From contig DHZH01000002.1 in assembly GCA_002414385.1 (NCBI GenBank), forward strand, positions 406,914 through 470,913: 64,000 nt of DNA. Reading direction: 5' to 3'. The notes beneath the pieces are model-generated. The model saw only the letters and a list, made by a program, of their open reading frames with translations. It did not search any database and was not told the origin of the DNA. The DNA comes from Gammaproteobacteria bacterium UBA5109 (GTDB taxonomy: Bacteria; Pseudomonadota; Gammaproteobacteria; Pseudomonadales; Pseudohongiellaceae). The position numbers and the translations under genes were made by a program. Shown one piece after another: positions 20,989-31,695 of this stretch (positions are counted from its first letter, which is position 1; every line of letters starts with the position of its first letter).

Positions 20989-22008
20989 ATGAGTACACTT
21001 CGCCACGACTGGAGCACTGACGAAATTCAGGGCCTGTTTGATTTACCTTTTAACGATCTTTTGTTTCGTGCACAGTCAGTGCATCGTCAGTACTTTGATC
21101 CCAATGAAGTGCAGGTCAGCACACTCCTGTCGATTAAAACCGGAGCCTGTCCGGAAGACTGCAAATACTGCTCTCAGAGTGGCCACTACAACACCGAGCT
21201 GGAAAAAGAAAAGCTGATGGAAGTTGAGCAGGTACTTGATGAAGCCAGAAAGGCCAAACAAAACGGTGCCTCGCGTTTTTGCATGGGCGCGGCCTGGAAG
21301 CATCCCTCGAAAAAAGATTTTCCGCATGTGCTAGCCATGGTTGAAGGGGTTAAGGAACTGGGTCTGGAGACCTGCATGACTCTGGGCATGTTGAGTACGG
21401 AGCAGACAGAGGCTCTCGCCGATGCCGGACTGGATTACTACAACCATAATATAGACACCTCACGGGAATATTACGAAAAAATTATCAGCACTCGAAGCTT
21501 TGATGATCGACTGGATACACTGGCACGTGTTCGCGATGCAGGCATCAAGGTCTGTTGTGGTGGTATCGTAGGCATGGGTGAAAATGCCAGAGACCGAATC
21601 AATTTTCTGCGTGAACTGGCTAACCTGCCGCAACATCCTGAATCTGTTCCCATCAACAATCTGGTGAAAATTAAAGGTACACCTTTACAGGACGTAGAAG
21701 ACATAGAAGCTTTTGATTTTGTTCGCATGATTGCGGTAGCACGAATATTGATGCCGAAATCACATGTGCGTTTATCGGCTGGTCGCGAAGGCATGAACGA
21801 ACAGCTACAGTCTCTGTGTTTCTTTGCCGGAGCAAATTCAATTTTCTACGGTGAGAAGCTGCTCACCACATCCAATCCGCTGGAAAACGAAGACATGACG
21901 TTGTTTGCCAAACTGGGTATCAGGCCGGAAGAAAAACAGCACGATGTCATGCCACCCGAATCCTTGCCGGAAAAAAGCCAGACATACTATGATGCAATGC
22001 CCCAGTGA
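20989..22008 (+). CDS. bioB: Biotin synthase
   Basis: 339 aa. The radical-SAM motif [11 protein letters not shown] and BioB-like sequence throughout. Confidence 0.95.
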   Translation: MSTLRHDWSTDEIQGLFDLPFNDLLFRAQSVHRQYFDPNEVQVSTLLSIKTGACPEDCKYCSQSGHYNTELEKEKLMEVEQVLDEARKAKQNGASRFCMGAAWKHPSKKDFPHVLAMVEGVKELGLETCMTLGMLSTEQTEALADAGLDYYNHNIDTSREYYEKIISTRSFDDRLDTLARVRDAGIKVCCGGIVGMGENARDRINFLRELANLPQHPESVPINNLVKIKGTPLQDVEDIEAFDFVRMIAVARILMPKSHVRLSAGREGMNEQLQSLCFFAGANSIFYGEKLLTTSNPLENEDMTLFAKLGIRPEEKQHDVMPPESLPEKSQTYYDAMPQ

Positions 22009-23219
22009 AAACTTTTTCACAACAGTTAAAAGTGGCACTGACTGAGCGGCAGTCGCAGGATCTTTACCGCAACAGACGTTCCCTGGAATCGCCCCAGACC
22101 ACCACTATTATAATGGACGGTAAAAAGCTGCTGAATTTTTGCAGCAATGATTACCTGGGACTTGCCAGTCATCCAGAAGTCATCAGGGCCTGCAGGAATG
22201 GACTGGATAAATATGGTGTTGGCAGTGGAGCCTCCCATCTGGTTGTCGGGCACAGTCATGCCCACCATGCCCTTGAAGAAGAACTGGCCGCTTTTACCGG
22301 CCGCAGTCGGGCATTGCTGTTTTCTTCCGGCTATCTGGCCAATGTCGGTACCCTGACGGCTTTGCTTGATAAAAAAGACCGGGTCTTTGAAGACAAGCTT
22401 AATCATGCTTCCCTGTTGGATGGAGGCCTGTTTTCCGGTGCCCGCTTTCAGCGCTATTCCCATCTTGATACTGAAAGACTTGACAGGATGCTTGGCAATA
22501 ACCCGGGAACGAATGATTCCTTTATTGTCAGTGACGGTATATTCAGCATGGATGGAGACTGTGCAGCCTTGCCGGAATTGATTGCTCTTGGAAAAAAGCA
22601 TCACGCACAGCTAATGCTTGATGATGCACACGGCTTTGGGGTATTGGGTAAGCAGGGAGGAGGAAGTGTTGAACATTTCAGGGAGCAGGGCGCAGTTATT
22701 GATGAACAGAATCTCCCCATATTGATAGCTACTCTGGGCAAGGCTTTTGGGACACAGGGAGCATTTGTAAGCGGCAGTGAAGAATTGATCGAATATCTGA
22801 TCCAGTTTTGCCGACCCTATATCTACACGACTGCACTGTCACCAGCACTGGCTGAAGCGACCCGTTGCAGCCTGAAACTTTTGCAGCAGGAACAATGGCG
22901 AAGGGAAAAGCTGCAATCACTGATTAAAAAATTTCGTAGGTGTTGTGAAGAGCTGGGTTTTACACTGACAGATTCCTTCACCCCGATTCAGGGGCTGATA
23001 CTGGGTGATGCCCGTACGACTATACAGGCCAGTCAGATGCTTGAAGCCGAGGGTGTTTATGTCAGCGCCATTCGTCCACCAACAGTACCGGCAGGAACAG
23101 CGAGACTTCGTTTTACTTTCAGTGCAGAGCACAGTGATGAACAGTTACAGTTTCTGCTGGCTGCTCTGGAAAAGATCCAGCCTCTGATTCAGATGGAAAC
23201 AAAACATGCTACAGGCTGA
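22005..23219 (+). CDS. bioF: 8-amino-7-oxononanoate synthase
   Basis: 404 aa PLP-dependent acyltransferase ([24 protein letters not shown]). It overlaps the bioB stop by 4 nt. Confidence 0.92.
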   Translation: MKTFSQQLKVALTERQSQDLYRNRRSLESPQTTTIIMDGKKLLNFCSNDYLGLASHPEVIRACRNGLDKYGVGSGASHLVVGHSHAHHALEEELAAFTGRSRALLFSSGYLANVGTLTALLDKKDRVFEDKLNHASLLDGGLFSGARFQRYSHLDTERLDRMLGNNPGTNDSFIVSDGIFSMDGDCAALPELIALGKKHHAQLMLDDAHGFGVLGKQGGGSVEHFREQGAVIDEQNLPILIATLGKAFGTQGAFVSGSEELIEYLIQFCRPYIYTTALSPALAEATRCSLKLLQQEQWRREKLQSLIKKFRRCCEELGFTLTDSFTPIQGLILGDARTTIQASQMLEAEGVYVSAIRPPTVPAGTARLRFTFSAEHSDEQLQFLLAALEKIQPLIQMETKHATG

Positions 23220-24012
23220 ATACCGGATAGCAAAAAATGAAGTGGCTCGCTCGTTTAACCAGGCGGTGAAAAGCTACGATGCACATGCATCATTGCAGCG
23301 TGAAGTGGCCGATAAACTACTGGGAAAAATTCAGGCAGATGACCGGGTAAAACGCTTGCTGGATCTGGGAAGTGGTACCGGTTATTGCACAGCGAGTCTA
23401 CAAAAGCTGTTCCCTGCTGCAGAAATTGTCAGCCTGGATATCGCCGAGGGCATGCTGGGTTTTGCCGCCCGTCAACATCAGCAGGAAAATCTTAATGAAT
23501 ATTTTGTCTGCGCCGACGCTGAAAACCTGCCTTTCAGGGATAACAGTTTTGACCTGATTTTTTCATCACTGGCTATTCAATGGTGTCAGAATTATCCTGC
23601 GCTGTTTAATGACCTGCACCGGGTAATGCAGAATGATGGCAAAATATTCATGACTACCTTCGGGCCGGGAACACTGGTTGAGCTTGAACAGGCCTGGCAA
23701 AAAATTGATGATGCCGTGCATGTTAATCATTTTCATGATGATGTGGCTTTACGGAATGTGCTTGAGCACGCAGGTTTTCAAAAACCTGTTCTGCAGGGTG
23801 AAAAAAAACTGCGTTACTATCCAAACCTGGCAGCGCTGACTCGCGAGCTTAAATCCATTGGTGCACGCAACTTGAATGCCGGGCGGGGTCGGGGGCTGAA
23901 TGGTCGTAACAAGATTGTCAGACTAAAACAGGCCTTTGAGGGGAACTCTGAAACCGGGCGTGGCATTCCGGTGACTTATCAGCTGCAGTACCTGAGTGCC
24001 GGAGTAGTGTAG
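23206..24012 (+). CDS. bioC: Malonyl-ACP O-methyltransferase
   Basis: 268 aa with the SAM motif LLDLGSGTGY, the AENLPF motif and LAIQWC. It sits between bioF and bioD. Confidence 0.85.
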   Translation: MLQAEYRIAKNEVARSFNQAVKSYDAHASLQREVADKLLGKIQADDRVKRLLDLGSGTGYCTASLQKLFPAAEIVSLDIAEGMLGFAARQHQQENLNEYFVCADAENLPFRDNSFDLIFSSLAIQWCQNYPALFNDLHRVMQNDGKIFMTTFGPGTLVELEQAWQKIDDAVHVNHFHDDVALRNVLEHAGFQKPVLQGEKKLRYYPNLAALTRELKSIGARNLNAGRGRGLNGRNKIVRLKQAFEGNSETGRGIPVTYQLQYLSAGVV

Positions 24013-24013
24013 G

Positions 24014-24661
24014 GTGCATACGGGGACTTACTTTGTAACTGGTACCGACACTGGTGTTGGGAAAACCCATGTTGCTTGCACCCTGTTAAAATCAGCGCAG
24101 CAGGCAGGATACTCCACGGCAGCATTTAAACCCCTGGCAGCTGGAGGAGAAGCCACTCCTTCGGGCATGCAAAATGAGGATGCACTGCGTTTGCAGCAGG
24201 CCTGTACCCTGTCATTGTCATATGAAGAAATTAATCCACTGTGCCTGCAACAGGCTATTGCCCCGCACCTTGCTGCACAACTGGAAGGTATTACCCTGAG
24301 CGTGAAAGAACTCGGGCGCTTGTGCCTGGAGGCCACAGCCAGGGATGTTGATTTCATGCTGATTGAAGGAGCCGGTGGCTGGAAGGTCCCGTTAAATGAA
24401 TCTGAAACTATGGCTGATCTGGTCAGAGTGCTGAATATTCCGGTGATCCTGGTAGTCGGCATGCGTCTGGGCTGTATCAATCATGCCCTGCTCAGCGCTG
24501 CAGCAATCAAGGAAGACGGGCTCAAACTCTATGGTTGGATTGCCAATCAACTTGATCCGGCCATGCCAGCTTACCGGGAAAATATAACCACGCTCGAACA
24601 CATGATTGATGCACCGATGCTGGCTGAAATCGGCTGGGAGCATGGTCCGCAGTCAGCCTGA
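24014..24661 (+). CDS. bioD: Dethiobiotin synthetase (GTG start)
   Basis: 215 aa. P-loop FVTGTDTGVGKT and the EGAGGW motif. Confidence 0.9.
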   Translation: MHTGTYFVTGTDTGVGKTHVACTLLKSAQQAGYSTAAFKPLAAGGEATPSGMQNEDALRLQQACTLSLSYEEINPLCLQQAIAPHLAAQLEGITLSVKELGRLCLEATARDVDFMLIEGAGGWKVPLNESETMADLVRVLNIPVILVVGMRLGCINHALLSAAAIKEDGLKLYGWIANQLDPAMPAYRENITTLEHMIDAPMLAEIGWEHGPQSA

Positions 24662-24785
24662 TGGAATATGACCGACCCCGGCAAGTTCGTGGTTCATACC
24701 GCTCCTACCCTGTTTGGCACAATTTGTTATAATCCCGCCCGCATTTTGCTCCGGATTTACGCTCCGACTCGCAAAGGTAAAAACG

Positions 24786-25784
24786 ATGAACAAGCCCAAC
24801 ATTATCGTCTGCGCACTGTATCATTTTGTCAGGCTCGACGAATTCGAAAAACTGCAGCAACCGCTGCTGGACCTGATGCTGGCGCAAAAGGTCAAAGGTA
24901 CCCTGCTTCTGGCTCATGAAGGTATTAATGGCACCATTGCCGGCTCCCGAGAGGGAATTGATGCCGTCATTGCCTGGTTAAAAGCTGATCCGCGACTGCA
25001 AGACCTCGACTACAAGGAATCTTTTGATGATGATTACCCCTTTTATCGCAGCAAGGTAAAGCTGAAAAAGGAAATCGTTACTATGGGGGTTGAGGATATT
25101 GATCCCAGGCGCAAAGTTGGAACCCATGTTGATCCGGAGTACTGGAATGAACTTATTTCAGACCCGGAAGTGCTGCTGATTGATACCCGAAATGATTATG
25201 AAGTGGCAATCGGCACCTTTAAAAATGCTGTGAACCCGAATACCAAAGCCTTCCGTGACTTCCCGGATTATGTCAGGGCCAATCTGAATCCGGACAAACA
25301 TAAGAAAATAGCCATGTTTTGTACTGGCGGCATTCGTTGCGAGAAGTCCACTGCCTATCTAAAGGAAAAGGGATTTGATGAGGTTTATCACCTGAAGGGA
25401 GGCATCCTTAAATATCTGGAAGAGATTCCGCAGGATGAATCACTGTGGGAAGGTGAATGTTTTGTGTTTGATAACCGGGTGTCAGTGGATCACGGCTTGC
25501 AAAAAGGTACCTATGATCAGTGCCATGCCTGTCGTCTGCCCATTACCGAAGCGGACAAACAGCATGAACACTATGAGAAAGGCGTCTCCTGCCCGCAATG
25601 TTACGAGCATTTAAGCCCCGCGCAAAAGCAGGCCTTCAAGGAACGTCAGCGACAGATAGACCTGGCACTGAGTCGTGGTGAAGTTCATCTGGGATCGGAG
25701 GTCAGTGAAACCATTGCCCAGCGCAAGCAAAGCAAACTGGCTTTCAAGGAAAAACAAAAAAGGGCCAATACCGGTCAAATTTAA
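24786..25784 (+). CDS. trhO: Rhodanese-domain tRNA uridine(34) hydroxylase (YceA/TrhO family)
   Basis: I prefer the start [14 protein letters not shown] at 24786. The rhodanese active-site loop CTGGIRCEK is present, with a C-terminal Cys-rich tail (CHACRLP...CPQC). Confidence 0.85.
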   Translation: MNKPNIIVCALYHFVRLDEFEKLQQPLLDLMLAQKVKGTLLLAHEGINGTIAGSREGIDAVIAWLKADPRLQDLDYKESFDDDYPFYRSKVKLKKEIVTMGVEDIDPRRKVGTHVDPEYWNELISDPEVLLIDTRNDYEVAIGTFKNAVNPNTKAFRDFPDYVRANLNPDKHKKIAMFCTGGIRCEKSTAYLKEKGFDEVYHLKGGILKYLEEIPQDESLWEGECFVFDNRVSVDHGLQKGTYDQCHACRLPITEADKQHEHYEKGVSCPQCYEHLSPAQKQAFKERQRQIDLALSRGEVHLGSEVSETIAQRKQSKLAFKEKQKRANTGQI

Positions 25785-25843
25785 TTCGCAATTCAATGTT
25801 AAAATCGCCTCCGTTTTGTTGGCAGAACGATAAAGGAAAATAA

Positions 25844-26704
25844 ATGAATAAAAAACTACTATCCCTGCTTGTCTCATTAGTCGTGGTTGTTGGAGGCCTT
25901 TACTGGGTCTTTGGCTTGCCCGCTGTCGGTAACCCGGAAATTCCGACTTCTCCGGAAGCTATCGCACGTGGCGAGTATCTCTACAATGCTGCTGGTTGTA
26001 ATGCCTGTCACCAAACAGGAGATGCAGAGGGACCAAGTGGGGGTTATGAAATCGAATCGCCCTTTGGCGGACATTTTGTCACACCAAACATTACCCCGGA
26101 TGAAGAAACCGGAATTGGTGGCTGGACCGGGCGTGATTTTATTCTGGCCATTAAACATGGTCGTTCCCCAGACGGCGGGTTCTACTGGCCGGCTTTTCCA
26201 TATCGTTCATACATGGGTATGAGCGATGAAGAGGTGCTGGATATTGCTGCCTACATGGTGACCCTGTCACCGATTGCCAGTGAAAGTTACCAGCATGAAC
26301 TGCCAGCCTGGCAATTCAGCTGGATGATGAGTGGCTGGAATATCATGGCTGATTTCATGGAAGGGGAACCACCGGCGGTGGCGGATGACCCACAGCTGCA
26401 ACGAGGTGCACATCTGGCCCGTCATTTCAGCCACTGTGGCGAATGCCATACCCCGAGAAATGCCCTGGGTATTTCTGACCTGAGCAATGAGTTTGCCGGT
26501 CAGGAAGGTGTTGCGTCAGCACCACTGACCCCCGAAGGCCTGGCCGATTATTCCTATGATGATTTTGTATACTTTCTGGAAGATGGATTCACCATGAACT
26601 TCGAACAGGTTGGTGGTGAAATGCTGGATGTTATCGAACATACCAGTCAGCTGTCGCAGGAAGACCGTGAAGCCCTGGCGGCTTTTCTGATGCGTGACAG
26701 GTAA
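25844..26704 (+). CDS. Membrane-anchored diheme c-type cytochrome
   Basis: 286 aa with an N-terminal TM/signal and two CxxCH motifs (CNACH, CGECH). Confidence 0.8.
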   Translation: MNKKLLSLLVSLVVVVGGLYWVFGLPAVGNPEIPTSPEAIARGEYLYNAAGCNACHQTGDAEGPSGGYEIESPFGGHFVTPNITPDEETGIGGWTGRDFILAIKHGRSPDGGFYWPAFPYRSYMGMSDEEVLDIAAYMVTLSPIASESYQHELPAWQFSWMMSGWNIMADFMEGEPPAVADDPQLQRGAHLARHFSHCGECHTPRNALGISDLSNEFAGQEGVASAPLTPEGLADYSYDDFVYFLEDGFTMNFEQVGGEMLDVIEHTSQLSQEDREALAAFLMRDR

Positions 26705-26735
26705 GAGTTAAAGCTTATATAGAAATACAGAGCAT

Positions 26736-26764
26736 AAAAAAAGGCAGCCTGGGCTGCCTTTTTT
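26736..26764. terminator. Bidirectional intrinsic terminator
   Basis: AAAAAAAGGCAGC-ctgg-GCTGCCTTTTTT lies between the convergent diheme cytochrome gene (+) and the class II cytochrome c gene (-). Confidence 0.65.
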
Positions 26765-26793
26765 AATTCCGGTAATACTGATTCTAGTCAGTA

Positions 26794-27261
26794 TTATTCA
26801 GCACGATATGCATCGTGGCAGGCGCCACACATTGGGCCAACCTGCTGAATAGCTGAGCGCACACCACCGGCACCCTCACTGTTGAGAGTTTCAATAGCGG
26901 CATTAGCACCATCAACCAGGTCCATTGCAGCCTGTTCAAAACCACCCATATCGCCCCAGATGCGATCAAGCGCACGGGTCTCAACGTTAAAACCACTTGT
27001 ATCCGCTCCGAAAGTCGGAACAATCATACTGGCCAGCACTTCGATGTTTTCCAGTGCTCCGATTGCAACTTCAGCATTGTAATCACCGCCACGAGCCATA
27101 CCCTGCAGAGGGGCCATGTTGAATGCCAGCAATTTAAATACAGCCTGTCTGGTTTCAGTATCTACCACAGCCTGCTCTTCGGCAGAGCGGTTCTGGGCAA
27201 AGCTATTGATGGAAAGAATTGAGCCAAAAACGGCTACTGCGATCAAGATTGCACGTTTCAT
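26794..27261 (-). CDS. Class II cytochrome c (cytochrome c-prime / c-556 family)
   Basis: 155 aa with a signal peptide. A single CxxCH sits at the extreme C-terminus (CGACHDAYR), the hallmark of four-helix-bundle class II cytochromes. Confidence 0.8.
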   Translation of the reverse strand: MKRAILIAVAVFGSILSINSFAQNRSAEEQAVVDTETRQAVFKLLAFNMAPLQGMARGGDYNAEVAIGALENIEVLASMIVPTFGADTSGFNVETRALDRIWGDMGGFEQAAMDLVDGANAAIETLNSEGAGGVRSAIQQVGPMCGACHDAYRAE

Positions 27262-27615
27262 AATGTTTTCCCCATTCTATAAACGTTAATAGTCTCTTAA
27301 ATAATGTTCTTTATCAGACAGGCCTGGGACAGCCTGAATTTTTATACCACTGTATGTCGTGGGGCCGCTAGTGTAACAGCAGACTGTTGTGAAAGTCACT
27401 AGCTACGGGACTCTCTTGGTTTCCCTCCATGGCCAATTAGGTGTTTCATTATCATCGATATTGGCACTCAAGTATCGTTCAAATATGCAAATTAAATGAA
27501 TTTTAGGAAAAGTGCGCATGGCTGAGTTTGTGGCTCTTGGGTATACAGTGATTGACCTCAACCGCCCTCTCCGCTAGGGTTCGCTATCCTGACAAGCGAA
27601 ATAACGAGATCGCTG

Positions 27616-27861
27616 ATGAGCACTAAAAAAGCCAAATTCAACTTTGAAGATGCGATTGAGCAGCTTGAAGAGCTGGTAGAGGCGCTGGAAGAGGGTGAAC
27701 TGAGTCTGGAAGAGTCTCTCAAAGCCTTTGAAGACGGTATAAAACTGACCCGAGAGTGCCAGGTGGCACTGGAAAAAGCTGAACAGCGTATTCAGTTGCT
27801 TACCAAGGACAGTGATTTACCTGAAGCGGAAGCCTTTGAACCTGATTCCGATGATGATTAG
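27616..27861 (+). CDS. xseB: Exodeoxyribonuclease VII small subunit
   Basis: 81 aa. FEDAIEQLEELVEALEEGELSLEESLKAFEDGIKLTRECQ is the typical XseB helical hairpin. The conserved xseB-ispA-dxs order is present. Confidence 0.9.
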   Translation: MSTKKAKFNFEDAIEQLEELVEALEEGELSLEESLKAFEDGIKLTRECQVALEKAEQRIQLLTKDSDLPEAEAFEPDSDDD

Positions 27862-27890
27862 CAGCGGTCTGGGTCCGCCAGCATAAATCA

Positions 27891-28778
27891 ATGAAAATCG
27901 AGCAATACCTGAGGGCAAAAAAAAGTCGTATTGAACGTTTACTGGATGAAATTCTTTCATCCGGAGAGCATAAGTCACGGCTTGATCAGGCTATGCATTA
28001 TGCCGTGATGAATGGCGGCAAGCGCTTACGACCGGTGTTGGCCTATGCCAGTGCCGAAGCGCTGGGGGCTGAAGCAGATTGTGCTGATATTCCAGCATGT
28101 GTGGTAGAACTGATTCATGCCTATTCCCTGATTCATGATGATCTGCCGGCCATGGACGATGATGCACTCAGGCGCGGTAATCCGACCTGTCATATCGAAT
28201 ACGATGAAGCCACAGCAATACTTGCCGGTGATGCATTACAAAGCCTGGCCTTTGAGTTGCTCAGCGAGCACAGCTCCCTGCAGGTAGCGGACAGGCTGCG
28301 GGTTGAGATGATTGTTACCCTGAGCAGGGCAATCGGACGCAGTGGCATGGCAGGTGGACAGACTATCGATTTTTTTGAGACCGGACAGGTCATGACGGAA
28401 ACAGATTTAGCTATAATGCATGGCCTCAAAACCGGCGCCCTGATCAAGGCCAGCGTCAGGCTGGGGGCATTGAGTACCGGACATGCCGAACGAGCACAAC
28501 TGGACGCACTGGATAATTATGCAAGTGCGCTGGGACTGGCTTTCCAGGTACAGGATGACATCCTTGATGTTGAGGGTGATACTGCCATACTTGGCAAACA
28601 ACAGGGCAAGGATGAGGCGCTGGGTAAGGTTACCTATCCCAGTATTCTGGGGCTAGAAGCTGCCCGTGACAAAGCCCGGCAACTTTGTGAAGAAGCCATT
28701 GCTGCCCTGGAAAAATTTGATGCTGCCGCACAGCCTTTACGGGACCTGGCAGCTTATGTAGTACACAGAAGTTACTAG
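27891..28778 (+). CDS. ispA: Farnesyl diphosphate synthase
   Basis: 295 aa with two Asp-rich motifs, LIHDDLPAMDDDALRRG and FQVQDDILD. Confidence 0.92.
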   Translation: MKIEQYLRAKKSRIERLLDEILSSGEHKSRLDQAMHYAVMNGGKRLRPVLAYASAEALGAEADCADIPACVVELIHAYSLIHDDLPAMDDDALRRGNPTCHIEYDEATAILAGDALQSLAFELLSEHSSLQVADRLRVEMIVTLSRAIGRSGMAGGQTIDFFETGQVMTETDLAIMHGLKTGALIKASVRLGALSTGHAERAQLDALDNYASALGLAFQVQDDILDVEGDTAILGKQQGKDEALGKVTYPSILGLEAARDKARQLCEEAIAALEKFDAAAQPLRDLAAYVVHRSY

Positions 28779-28795
28779 TTCTATAAAGAAGAAGT

Positions 28796-30682
28796 ATGTT
28801 TGAAGAAATTCCACAGGAGCGGCCGCAAACACCGCTGCTGGATAGCATTAATGCCCCCGCCGATCTGCGTGAACTTGAAGCAGAACAACTGGAGCAACTG
28901 GCAACAGAGTTGCGGGCCTTTCTGTTGTATTCAGTTGGTAAATCCGGCGGCCATTTTGGAGCCGGCCTTGGCGTGGTGGAACTGACCATCGCCCTGCATT
29001 ATGTTCTGAATACTCCTGATGACAGACTGGTCTGGGATGTCGGACACCAGTCCTACCCGCACAAAATCCTCACAGGTCGCCGTGACCGCATGCATACCAT
29101 CCGGCAAAAAGACGGGCTGGCAGCTTTCAACAACCGTGAAGAAAGTGAATACGATACCTTCGGTGTTGGTCATTCAAGCACATCCATTTCTGCCGCGCTG
29201 GGAATGATGGTAGCCAAACGTAAAAGTGGCAGTGAGCATAAAATTGTTGCTGTCATTGGTGACGGCGCCATGACTGCCGGAATGGCATTTGAGGCCCTGA
29301 ATCATGCCTGTGAACTGGATGACGATATTCTGGTCATTCTTAATGACAACAACATGTCGATATCCAAAAATGTCGGCGGGCTGTCAAGCTACTTTGCCCG
29401 GATGTGGGCCAGCAAACCGTACAATTTTCTGCGTTCCGGGAGCAAGAAAGTGTTATCGAAAGTGCCTCAGGCCTGGAAAGCAGCACATCGTGCCGAGGAA
29501 TACATGAAAGGCATGGTGTCGCCAGCGACAATTTTTGAAGAACTGGGCTTTAATTATTTTGGCCTGATAGACGGACATGACATTGATGGCCTGGTCGATA
29601 TTCTTGAAAATATCAGGAATCTCAAAGGGCCGTTGTTATTGCATGTGGTAACCCAGAAAGGCAAAGGGTATCTGCCCGCTGAGGAAGATCCTTATGGTAT
29701 GCATGCGCTCAACAAGCTGGTGCCTGAGGAAGAAAAGCAGCAGCCGGCAAGTAACATTCCGACCTACTCAAAAATATTTGGTCAGTGGCTTTGTGAGACG
29801 GCTGAACAGGATGCCAGGCTTATGGCGATCACACCGGCAATGGGTGAGGGTTCAGGCATGCGTGAGTTTGAGGAAAAATTTCCAGAACGCTTCTTTGATG
29901 TTGCTATTGCCGAGCAGCATGCGCTGACCTTTGCAGCAGGTATGGCCTGTGACGGGCTCAAACCGGTTGTCGCCATTTATTCAACATTCCTGCAGCGGGC
30001 ATATGATCAGTTGATTCATGATATTGCCCTGCAGGATCTTGATGTGCTGTTTGCCATCGACCGTGCAGGTCTGGTTGGTGCAGACGGACCGACACATGCT
30101 GGCAGTTTTGATTTGAGTTATCTGCGCTGTATTCCCAATCTGGTAGTCATGGCGCCCAGTGATGAAAATGAAATGCGTCATATGCTTTATACCGGTTTTC
30201 AACTTCCCGGTCCTGTGGCTGTGCGTTATCCACGTGGCAGCGCAAGAGGGTTTGAGCTGGATGATGAGCTACACCAGCTGGAGCCAGGTAAAGCGATTAT
30301 TCGTCGGCACGGAAAACAGGTAGCGATTCTGGTTTTTGGTACTTTACTCAAGAATACGATCAAGTGTGCGGAAGAACTGAATGCAACCCTGGTCGATATG
30401 CGTTTTGTCAAGCCGCTGGACGAGGCGCTGATTGCCGAGCTGGCAGCGGAATATGATTTACTGGTAACGGTAGAAGAAAATGTGATCAAGGGCGGTGCAG
30501 GCTCTGCAGTCAATGAATTCCTTGAAGCAAGAGGCCTGAGTGTGCCAATACTGAACCTGGGCTTGCCCGACAAGTTTCTCGGACATGGAAAAGTTGCGGA
30601 GCTACTGGCAGATTGCGGCCTCGACGAAGCAGGAATCAGTCAGTCTGTAAGCAAAAGACTGCAACAGCTCAAGCAAGCCTAA
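28796..30682 (+). CDS. dxs: 1-deoxy-D-xylulose-5-phosphate synthase
   Basis: 628 aa. The TPP motif region [15 protein letters not shown] and DXS-like sequence throughout. Confidence 0.96.
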   Translation: MFEEIPQERPQTPLLDSINAPADLRELEAEQLEQLATELRAFLLYSVGKSGGHFGAGLGVVELTIALHYVLNTPDDRLVWDVGHQSYPHKILTGRRDRMHTIRQKDGLAAFNNREESEYDTFGVGHSSTSISAALGMMVAKRKSGSEHKIVAVIGDGAMTAGMAFEALNHACELDDDILVILNDNNMSISKNVGGLSSYFARMWASKPYNFLRSGSKKVLSKVPQAWKAAHRAEEYMKGMVSPATIFEELGFNYFGLIDGHDIDGLVDILENIRNLKGPLLLHVVTQKGKGYLPAEEDPYGMHALNKLVPEEEKQQPASNIPTYSKIFGQWLCETAEQDARLMAITPAMGEGSGMREFEEKFPERFFDVAIAEQHALTFAAGMACDGLKPVVAIYSTFLQRAYDQLIHDIALQDLDVLFAIDRAGLVGADGPTHAGSFDLSYLRCIPNLVVMAPSDENEMRHMLYTGFQLPGPVAVRYPRGSARGFELDDELHQLEPGKAIIRRHGKQVAILVFGTLLKNTIKCAEELNATLVDMRFVKPLDEALIAELAAEYDLLVTVEENVIKGGAGSAVNEFLEARGLSVPILNLGLPDKFLGHGKVAELLADCGLDEAGISQSVSKRLQQLKQA

Positions 30683-31680
30683 AGCAGTTTCGAGCCAAAC
30701 TGAATTTCACCATCCGGAATTTGCGGAACAGGTTCCTCGACAGGCGCTGATGTAGCAGCGCTGATATTGGTTTCCCAACTGTCTTCCGAGTATTCAGAAA
30801 TAGCCAGGAAAGCCAGCCGACCACTGTTATCTTCCGAGTAGGTGCCGACATAAATATCATACTCACCTGATTCGGGTGACGAGAAATAATATCCTCCGTT
30901 CAGGTTTTCCAGGCTGGAATTGTCATCATTGCAAAACCAGGAACCGCCGGGAGACTGAATGGAAATCGTCGTATCGTAGTCTGCACTGGTATAGATTCCC
31001 AACCCCAGACTACTGGTAGTACTGGGAGAATAATTAAGGCGATAAGTCGGTCCGTCACTAACATAACCGGCACAACCGTTACTTAAGTTATCTGCATCGT
31101 TGGGTCCACCAGCTACCACTTCAAAAACATAAGGATCAGGAAGGAACCCCCCGGACAGGCTGATTTCCGGGGAAGCTGCCTGTAAATCTGTTTCCCAGCT
31201 GCTTTCAGAAAACTCAGTGATTGCCAGAATCGCATTTCTGTTGGTATTGCTTTCTGAATAGGTTCCCACCCAGATGTCATACTGCCCGGATGCCGGGTCA
31301 CTGAAGTAATAGCCTGAATTCAGGTTATTCAGATCGCTGTGGTCATCATTACAATACCAGTCACCGTTAGGGTTATTGATCAGCAGGGTAGTATCGTATT
31401 CGGCATTGACATAAATACCCAGGCCGAGGCTGCCAGGGCTGAAATTCAAACGGTAAGTAGGTTCGTCAGTGATATAGCCATTACAGGAAGAATCAGCATC
31501 ATCGGCATCAAAGCTGCCCCCGGCCAGTACAGAAATGACGTTCGGGTCTGGAGTAAATCCGCCACTAAGTGATCCCGTTCCAAAACGCGGAGTGAGAGAA
31601 AAATCCTGGGCCATTGCCATAGAGCAAACAAAGGTACCAGTTGTAATAAGTAATAATCTGCTTTTATGAAAAGTCATCAC
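30679..31680 (-). CDS. Secreted protein made of two tandem ~140-aa PPC-like modules (island gene 8 of the minus operon)
   Basis: 333 aa with signal peptide [26 protein letters not shown]. Two internal repeats lie at roughly 31186..31608 and 30750..31185. Both share GGF.PDP....V.AGG..DA......C.GY..D.PTYRLN(F/Y)SP...LGLGIY...DYDTT..I..P.G.W.CNDD...L.NLN.GYYF..P.SG.YDI.VGTYSE. The start is 15 nt after the kinase stop. Confidence 0.75.
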   Translation of the reverse strand: MMTFHKSRLLLITTGTFVCSMAMAQDFSLTPRFGTGSLSGGFTPDPNVISVLAGGSFDADDADSSCNGYITDEPTYRLNFSPGSLGLGIYVNAEYDTTLLINNPNGDWYCNDDHSDLNNLNSGYYFSDPASGQYDIWVGTYSESNTNRNAILAITEFSESSWETDLQAASPEISLSGGFLPDPYVFEVVAGGPNDADNLSNGCAGYVSDGPTYRLNYSPSTTSSLGLGIYTSADYDTTISIQSPGGSWFCNDDNSSLENLNGGYYFSSPESGEYDIYVGTYSEDNSGRLAFLAISEYSEDSWETNISAATSAPVEEPVPQIPDGEIQFGSKLL

Positions 31681-31695
31681 TGAACCTCTATGGTC

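Noticed and set aside
24714-24785. Upstream extensions of trhO (track start 24714), the 19625 start of the DUF4149-like gene, the 6945 start of bioA and the 51013 start of the transglycosylase
   Set aside because: Internal ATGs give N-termini matching the families or proper signal peptides. They also avoid overlap with operators or upstream genes.
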